A stretch of 6,377 bases of DNA from Octopus sinensis (taxonomy: Eukaryota), in the NCBI RefSeq assembly GCF_006345805.1, contig NW_021829374.1, positions 1-6,377 on the forward strand. Reading direction: 5' to 3'. Below the pieces are notes generated by a model that did not search any database, had not been told where the DNA came from, and saw only the letters and a program-made list of their open reading frames with translations. Shown piece after piece: positions 1-5,590 of this stretch. Position 1 is the stretch's first letter. Each line of letters opens with the position of its first letter. A program made the position numbers and the translations under genes.

Positions 1-113
1 CGGTCATTCGGTTGCTTTTCGTGCTTGTGTTTTGTATATTTGGTTATATCATATTTTCGTTGTTGTGGTAGCATTAGAACTTAGTGAACCCTGATTAAGA
101 AGAACTATAACGA

Positions 114-725
114 ATCCCAGAGGATTTTTGCCTTCCCCTTTTCGTCCATTACCTTTTCCTATATACGTTGGTACCAAGCATTCGTAACCTCATATCCATA
201 CTTATGGCGTAGTATCTAGTGGAGGTTTTGGGCTACTTTGTCGTGTCTACATTTGTACTCTTTCTGCGCAAGACTTTCACAAGCACTAACAACGAGCGTC
301 ACATTTTCCACCCTCTTCCTACACAATCTACAGGGGTTCGATACATTTGTGTGTTCTATATTCTTTTTCTGGTGCTAGGCCACGGCGATTAGGCTTTCAG
401 TATTTTATTTTAGGTCACTCTTCTGGAGCCACCTCCATGATGCTCCCTGGTTTTTCAACTTATTGGCTTGACAATGGAACTGATCACGTAATTCCATACG
501 GAGTAGGGTTTCTTCTCTCTCGTTGGTTGTTCTTTTTCGGAATTCATGAGCACTCACAAGTCCACCTTTGTTAACCCCTTCTGCACTAGCAGCATACTGT
601 AGCAAGTCTTTGCTGTTTACCAAATATTCTACCATATTTCTTCATTCACTGTTGATGCTATTCCGTACGCTAATCAGCCCAGGTCCACCCTTAACTTTCT
701 TCATGCAGAGCCTGTGTACATTTGC
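114..725 (-). pseudogene. Post-RT linker, degenerate CCHC zinc knuckle and start of restriction-like endonuclease region, disabled
   Basis: ANVHRLCMKKVKGGPGLISV resumes at 725. In-frame stops at 642-644, 375-377, 216-218 and 159-161, and a frameshift near 405. The knuckle is C-X2-C-X8-(H>L, codon at 294-296)-X4-C. RHD and KILWD are present; no PD..D motif follows. Confidence 0.85.
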
Positions 726-1100
726 GTCCCCAAAGTCTATCCCCTCCTCACCGTGGTGGGGACGCTGGCAACGGATAGTGTCAGAGCTATGCCGTCGGGA
801 ACTTCGGTTCCTGGTAGGGCCACCCAAGGCGGATTGGTCTAACACCGAGTGGTATTAGGGCCACAACCCGGCAGACGGGGTTTCTGGTGAAAATCCTCGG
901 AGTGTCTGTTTCGGCAACCGGCGGCTCCTCGGTCGTTCTGTCCCTGCGTCTGCGGACAATCTGCGGCAAACAGGATGTCTCTACATGCGGGTTTGTTGGG
1001 GACCGCTTGTAAAATCCACATATTCCCACGAAACTTCTTCCATGGTAGAAGAAGCCGACTCAACCCGCCCAGGGTGAATGTCACCACAAGTAAGTAAGTA
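725..1100 (+). mobile_element. Non-tRNA SINE-like retroposon, copy 1 (putatively RTE-mobilised)
   Basis: Interrupts the LINE ORF. TSD TACATTTGC at 717-725 and 1106-1114, extendable to GTGTACATTTGC / GTGTATACATTTGC with a TA slip. 3' tail AAGTAAGTAAGTA (1088-1100). About 95% identical by hand alignment to the reverse complement of 3650-4002. No A/B box seen. Confidence 0.9.
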
Positions 1101-1640
1101 GTGTATACATTTGCCTTAAGGTGGAGGGCACCATGCATTGTCATTGTCTTTCGGGTAGTGCGATCGAGTTGGTCAATCTTCGCTTGCGTCCATTTCAGGA
1201 TGGGTGCAGTATAGAGGACTACAGCAACAGCCCATATATTGATGACAGTCACAAGGTTCTCTGAGTTGAGTTATGACTTCAAGAGAAGTTTGAGGCGCTT
1301 GAAATATGCAGTCATGACTTAGTCTTTCATTTCTCTGTGCAAGATATTGTCCAGCTCCAGGATCCCAAGGTACCTGTACCCATCATCATTCGGGTCTTCT
1401 ATTCCCTCTCCGTTTGGCAATTCTATGCCCCTACAACCTGCTCTTTTCCCCTCGCTTCAAAGTGAGTACCGCACACTTCGAGATACCGAATTCCATCCCT
1501 ATATCTTTGCTGCACATTTGCACAGTCTCAAGGACCCTCTCCATTTCAGCCTTTGCTTTGTGAACAGCTTTCAATCATCCTTGAAGTGAAGGTGGTTGGA
1601 GACAAGATCCGTCCTTTCTCAGCTCATAGTGCACTTTGAT
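1101..1640 (-). pseudogene. Reverse transcriptase C-terminal half (domains 5-7 and thumb), disabled
   Basis: In-frame stops at 1571-1573, 1319-1321 and 1271-1273, and about three frameshifts near 1600, 1553 and 1445. ORF 839..1252 is the thumb part (INIWAV...HGALHLKANVY) running into the insertion. Confidence 0.9.
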
Positions 1641-1673
1641 TTTACGTAGGACTACAAAAAAGTAGGATTATTG

Positions 1674-1864
1674 CTGAACGAAAAGCTTAGCGGTATTTCG
1701 CCCGTCGCTACGTTCTGAGTTCAAATCCCGCCGAGGTCGGCTTCGCCTTTCATCCTTTCGGGGGTCGATAAAATTATTACCAGTCAAGTACTGGGATCGA
1801 TGTAAATCGACTTCATCCCTTCCCCATAATTTGAGGTCTTGTGCTTCCAGTAGAAAGGATTAAT
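1674..1864 (+). mobile_element. tRNA-derived SINE, 5'-truncated, with Meta-domain-like core and (ATT)n tail
   Basis: B box GTTCAAATC at 1719-1727. Core GCCTTTCATCCTTTCGGGGGTCGATAAAATTATTACCAG (1746-1783) matches my recollection of the MetaSINE-type domain and of a very abundant octopus SINE. Runs directly into (ATT)n. No A box upstream. Confidence 0.8.
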
Positions 1865-1883
1865 ATTATTATTATTATTATTA

Positions 1884-1942
<59 letters not shown>
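1865..1942 (+). repeat. (ATT)n microsatellite, tail of the preceding SINE
   Basis: Near-perfect ATT array with one ATC variant. Confidence 0.98.
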
Positions 1943-1946
<4 letters not shown>

Positions 1947-1970
1947 TCCGGGTTCGATTCCAGGCAGTGG

Positions 1971-1974
<4 letters not shown>
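1943..1974 (+). mobile_element. 3' remnant of a short tRNA-derived SINE with (AAT)n tail, fused head-to-head to an inverted 3' tip of the same family
   Basis: CAGGTCCGGGTTCGATTCCAGGCAGTGGCCTG: perfect B box GTTCGATTC (1952-1960). The ends CAGGTC and GGCCTG are near reverse complements and are flanked by (ATT)n on the left and (AAT)n on the right. Confidence 0.65.
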
Positions 1975-2033
<59 letters not shown>

Positions 2034-2066
2034 ACTAATAATAATAATAAGAAGAAGAACAACAAC
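1975..2066 (+). repeat. (AAT)n microsatellite grading into (AAG)3(AAC)3
   Basis: Direct reading; ACACT interruption at 2032-2036. Confidence 0.97.
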
Positions 2067-2252
2067 TATTATTATTATATTATTATTATTATTATTATTT
2101 TATTATTATTATTATTATTATTATTATCATTATTATTATTATTATTATTATTAGTAGTAGTAATAGTCTTGTTGACATCATTATTGTTGTTGATTTTGTC
2201 ATTGTGGTTGTTGCTGTTGTTGTTGTTATTATTATTATTATTATCATTATTA

Positions 2253-2310
<58 letters not shown>

Positions 2311-2336
2311 CATTATTATTATTATTATTATTATTA
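2067..2336 (+). repeat. Compound (TAT)n / (TAG)n / (TTG)n microsatellite
   Basis: TAT arrays flank a degenerate period-3 GTT-rich core at about 2152-2226. Confidence 0.97.
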
Positions 2337-2407
2337 CATTACGTGCATTAGTGAAAATTTCCGACTTTGAACGGCTTCTCAGTAATGTGTTTTGAATATT
2401 ATCCCTG

Positions 2408-2410
<3 letters not shown>

Positions 2411-2448
<38 letters not shown>

Positions 2449-2457
2449 CTCTCTCTC
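2411..2457 (+). repeat. (CT)n microsatellite
   Basis: Direct reading; two ATCT variants at 2441-2448. Confidence 0.98.
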
Positions 2458-2637
2458 AGCCACTCCCTCTGCCCATCCGTCCATTTCCTCCTGCTACTCT
2501 CTTCTACGTATTATCAACTTCTGTGCACTTTCTTAAATCTACTAACCAACTTTTCATTCCTACATTAATTTAAAAATCTCCATTATTCTATCTACCCATT
2601 TTTCTTTGGTTATTTCTGTCTGCCCCCATAGTGTGTC

Positions 2638-3262
2638 TACATACATACGCACATACATACATACATACATACATACATACATACATACATGCATGCATGC
2701 ATACATAGATGCATACATAGATGCATACATACATACATACATGCATACATACATGCATACATACATGCATACATACATACATGCATACATGCATACATAC
2801 ATACATACATACATACATTCATGCATGCATACATAGATGCATACATACATGCATACATGCATACATACATACATACATACATAACATACATACATGCATG
2901 CATACATAGATGCATACATACATGCATACATACATACATACATGCATGCATACATAGATGCATACATACATGCAGACATGCATACATGCATACATGCATA
3001 CATACATACATACATGCATGCATACATAGATGCATACACATACATACATACATACATACATGCATGCATACATAGATGCATACATACATGCAGACATGCA
3101 TACATGCATACATACATACATGCATACATGCATACATACATACATACATGCATATACATGCATACATACATATATAGAAGCATACATACATACATATATA
3201 CATACATACATACATACGCACATACATACATGCATGTACGCATGCACACACATACAGACATA
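2638..3262 (+). repeat. (CATA/CATG)n tetranucleotide array with higher-order structure
   Basis: About 620 bp of CATA interspersed with CATG, TAGA and CAGA variants. Confidence 0.98.
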
Positions 3263-3493
3263 TTCTGTTATTCTTTTAGTCCTTCTGTCATTTGATTGCG
3301 ACCACGCTGGAGCACCGCCTTAAAAGGTATTTTAGTCGAGGAAATCGAGCCCCAGGACTTATTCTTTGTAAGCCTAGTATTTATTCTATCTGTCTCTTTT
3401 GCCGAACCGCTGCTTACGGGGACGTAAACACACCAACATCGGTCAAGCGATGGTGGGGGCACAAACATAAACATAAAGACGCAGGCTTTTCAG
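3263..3493 (-). mobile_element. 3' part of a second SINE family (5'-truncated)
   Basis: The minus strand ends ...AAGGCGGTGCTCCAGCGTGGTCGCAATCAAATGACAGAAGGACTAAAAGAATAACAGAATA, which matches my recollection of a very common octopus SINE. In-window support: the reverse complement of 3334-3360 aligns to the SINE segment at 1786-1812 (about 21/28 columns). Remnant (CA)-rich spacer at 3461-3478. Confidence 0.7.
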
Positions 3494-3649
3494 AAATTGG
3501 AATTTTAAATCCTAATCTCTATAGGAACTTTTTTTCATTTCAAGAAAACATTGAATTTGAATGACTTTTAATTTTTTCGATTATAGATAACAACTCGGTC
3601 TGTAGCTTCTGAGCGCGAGTTATTGGCTACAATTACATACTTGAAGTTA

Positions 3650-4002
3650 CTTATTTGTACATGTGGCGACATTTACCCTGGGCGGGTTGAGTCGGCCTCT
3701 TTTACTCACGGAAGAAGTTTCGTGGGAATATGTGGACTTCACAAGCGGTCCCCAACAATCCCGCATGTGGAGACATCCTGTTTGCCGCAGATTGTCCGCA
3801 GACGCAGGGACAGAACGACCGAGTAGCCGCCGGATTTTCACCAGAGCCCCGTCTGCCGGGTTGTGGCCCTAATACCACTCGGTGTCAGACCAATCCGCCT
3901 TGGTTGGCCCTACCAGGAACCGAAGTTCCCGACGGCATAGCTCTGACACTACCCGTTGCCAGCGTCCCCACCACGGTGAGGAGGAGATGGACTTTGGGGA
4001 CG
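3650..4002 (-). mobile_element. Non-tRNA SINE-like retroposon, copy 2
   Basis: Perfect 14-bp TSD CATACTTGAAGTTA at 3636-3649 and 4003-4016. Same 5' start (CGTCCCCAAAG) as copy 1. Tail ...ACATGTACAAATAAG. Lacks the 23-nt segment 897-919 of copy 1. Confidence 0.93.
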
Positions 4003-4114
4003 CATACTTGAAGTTAGTGTTGGGAGAACTTAAATCAGCTTGCAAATACTCGTTCACTTTACTAAATTTATACTCGGGCTAAGCCTGACAGCCCCGATGT
4101 CGGAGTCGCCATTG

Positions 4115-4137
4115 ATATATATATATATATATATATA

Positions 4138-4170
<33 letters not shown>
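4115..4170. repeat. (AT)n microsatellite
   Basis: Direct reading; one CT interruption at 4139-4140. Confidence 0.98.
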
Positions 4171-4172
<2 letters not shown>

Positions 4173-4622
4173 ACATCAAGGAACGGCCATAATAGGCCAT
4201 TCACCCACTAGAAATAACAGCCAAAGCTTCAACCGCAAATAAAAGTCAATTCCGTAAACAGGAGAAAATTTAAAAAACATTTACCCTGTAATTTCTTACG
4301 GTTTCACCGTTTCATCTGCTGTTTAATGGTAAACTAACCTGATTAAATTAAATCAAGCATCTTCCATAGCCCTCAGATTCTTCAGTAAGAAATAGCCACA
4401 AGTCGGAACAGATATTTTCACGAGGCATTTCCGACCCTGCCAAGGTAATATCTGACCTAAAATTTTCAAATCATCGCACTCGCGCCAAATTTATCGGCAG
4501 CAAATAAATATAAGCCGTCGATTCCATTACGGAATTAACCAGAAAATTCATAATTAATCAATATAGGGTGGCAAAAAAATTCTGTAGAATTCTTTTGCCA
4601 CCAGCGGCCTAGTGGGAAAAAA
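4171..4622 (-). mobile_element. Putative non-autonomous Helentron-type element (HINE-like)
   Basis: The minus strand reads 5' T6 - subTIR CCCACTAG (4609-4616) - 36-bp palindrome (4567-4602) ... subTIR CTAGTGGG (4204-4211) - stem-loop GAATGGCC-TATTAT-GGCCGTTC (4181-4202) - CTTGATGTTG 3'. This is the HINE/DINE-1 layout. No TSD seen. Confidence 0.6.
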
Positions 4623-4650
4623 TTAAATAGTCATAGACCATTTTTAAGTT

Positions 4651-4907
4651 CAACATCAACAATCAAGGAACGGCCATAATAGGCCATTCACCCACTAGAA
4701 ATAACAGCCAAAGCTTCAACCGCAAATAAAAGTCAATTCCGTAAACAGGAGAAAATTTAAAAAACATTTACCCTGTAATTTCTTATACGGTTCACCGTTT
4801 CATCTGCTGTTTAATGGTAAACTAACCTGATTAAATTAAATCAAGCCAATCTTCCATAGGCCCTCAGATTCTTCAGTAAGAAATAGCCACAAGTCGGAAC
4901 AGATATT
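4651..4907 (-). repeat. Partial tandem copy (257 bp) of 4171-4416
   Basis: Identical to 4171-4416 except five or six small indels (net +11 nt) and no substitutions. Retains the subTIR (4691-4698) and the stem-loop. Confidence 0.97.
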
Positions 4908-4914
4908 GATTAAT

Positions 4915-4938
4915 TATATATATATATATATATATATA
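4915..4938. repeat. (TA)n microsatellite
   Basis: Direct reading. Confidence 0.98.
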
Positions 4939-5169
4939 CAACTTCTTCCATGGGTATGAGTGAGTATTTCATTTATTTCTTTGCCACATTTATCACATAC
5001 GAACTAACCCTGAAATCAGTGCGATATGGTAATAATGGAATTTTTTAGAAATTTCTGTCGGCTATTTTTTCGAGTAGGGTGCGTATCGTGTAAAATTATA
5101 TGGTAATGGACAATATGTCCAATTTTCGGCATATTTGGCATTAGAAATTTTTTCGTTTGCCCTTATTCA

Positions 5170-5590
5170 TAAGTTGTTTATATTTTTTAACCTTTAAAGG
5201 TATTTTTAATATGCTGGCCATTGATAAAATTTCTTTTTTCTAAAAAAATTTTATCCTACATTAAATATATATATATATTATATACATATCATATCGTGTG
5301 AATTTGTAATTCACTATATCGTATATCATATCGACGATTTTTTTTTATTTATGTATCTATTTATGTGTATATATATTTTTTAAATGCCTACGTATTTTAA
5401 ATATTTGCGTGTTTTTATATATTAAATATTTATATGTTTATATGCTTGTATGTCTTTAATACTTTTCGAACTTTATATTGATTTATTAATGTCGAAGAAA
5501 GTACACATATATACTGAATATTCTATTGGATAATAGGTCATGTTCCTCTAGTTTTCCGTTCGTTTTACCTCCATTCAAATTATATATATA
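5170..5590. other. AT-rich low-complexity sequence
   Basis: T/A runs and short (TA)n/(TATG) stretches; no ORF in the track. Confidence 0.8.

Larger units (their letters stand above)
114..1640 (-). mobile_element. Decayed R4/Dong-like (RLE-type) non-LTR retrotransposon, internal fragment, interrupted at 726-1100 by a younger insertion
   Basis: Hand translation of the minus strand across frameshifts gives, in order: SNHLHFKDD*KLF (FMDD-type RT motif, 1574-1594), DIGMEFGISKCA, GYRYLGILE (1364-1378), LLLKS*LNSENLVTVINIWAVAVVLY, QLDRTTRKTMTMHGALHLKANV / HRLCMKKVKGGPGLISV, WRWLQKSDLK..TESLI, CRLC-X8-L-X4-C (279-332), RHDKVA (240-248) and KILWD (ending at 114). This motif order is characteristic of R4/Dong-type ORFs. 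Clade assignment is from recalled motifs, not a database search. Confidence 0.9.

Noticed and set aside
725-1100. Hammerhead ribozyme / retrozyme
   Set aside because: No CUGANGA core on either strand of either copy.
347-1589. Plus-strand ORFs 347..574, 568..858 and 1347..1589
   Set aside because: Antisense shadows of the LINE ORF or of the insertion; no recognisable motifs.
1646-1667. GTAGGA direct repeat at the LINE's upstream boundary as a TSD
   Set aside because: Only 6 bp, 16 nt apart, and does not flank any element.
1943-1974. Possible tRNA gene (also the B box at 1719-1727)
   Set aside because: Only a T-arm-like B box is present; no D arm, anticodon arm or acceptor stem.
1784-3323. 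Long ORFs (poly-Y/N/I/L and MYVC/HTYI repeats, up to 233 aa)
   Set aside because: They are translations of microsatellites that lack stop codons in those frames; no coding signal.
3570-3612. DRVVIYNR peptide resembling the F-type lectin V.IYNR motif
   Set aside because: Spacing from the upstream DL is about 18 aa rather than about 6, and the following Asp/Cys residues are absent.
3623-4082. Cluster of overlapping ORFs over copy 2 (and 642..1029 over copy 1)
   Set aside because: GC-rich element sequence with few stops; frames are broken between the two copies by indels; no recognisable domain.
4567-4602. Rho-independent terminator-like hairpin
   Set aside because: Eukaryotic context, no upstream gene, and no U-tract after the stem on the + strand.
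4171-4907. TRIM/LTR interpretation (two ~250-bp direct repeats around a 234-bp interior)
   Set aside because: No TG...CA ends on either strand, no PBS or polypurine tract, and no TSD. The HINE layout explains it better.
4940-4953. 14-nt exact match AACTTCTTCCATGG to 1032-1045
   Set aside because: Does not extend in either direction; one 14-mer match is within chance expectation for a self-comparison of this size.
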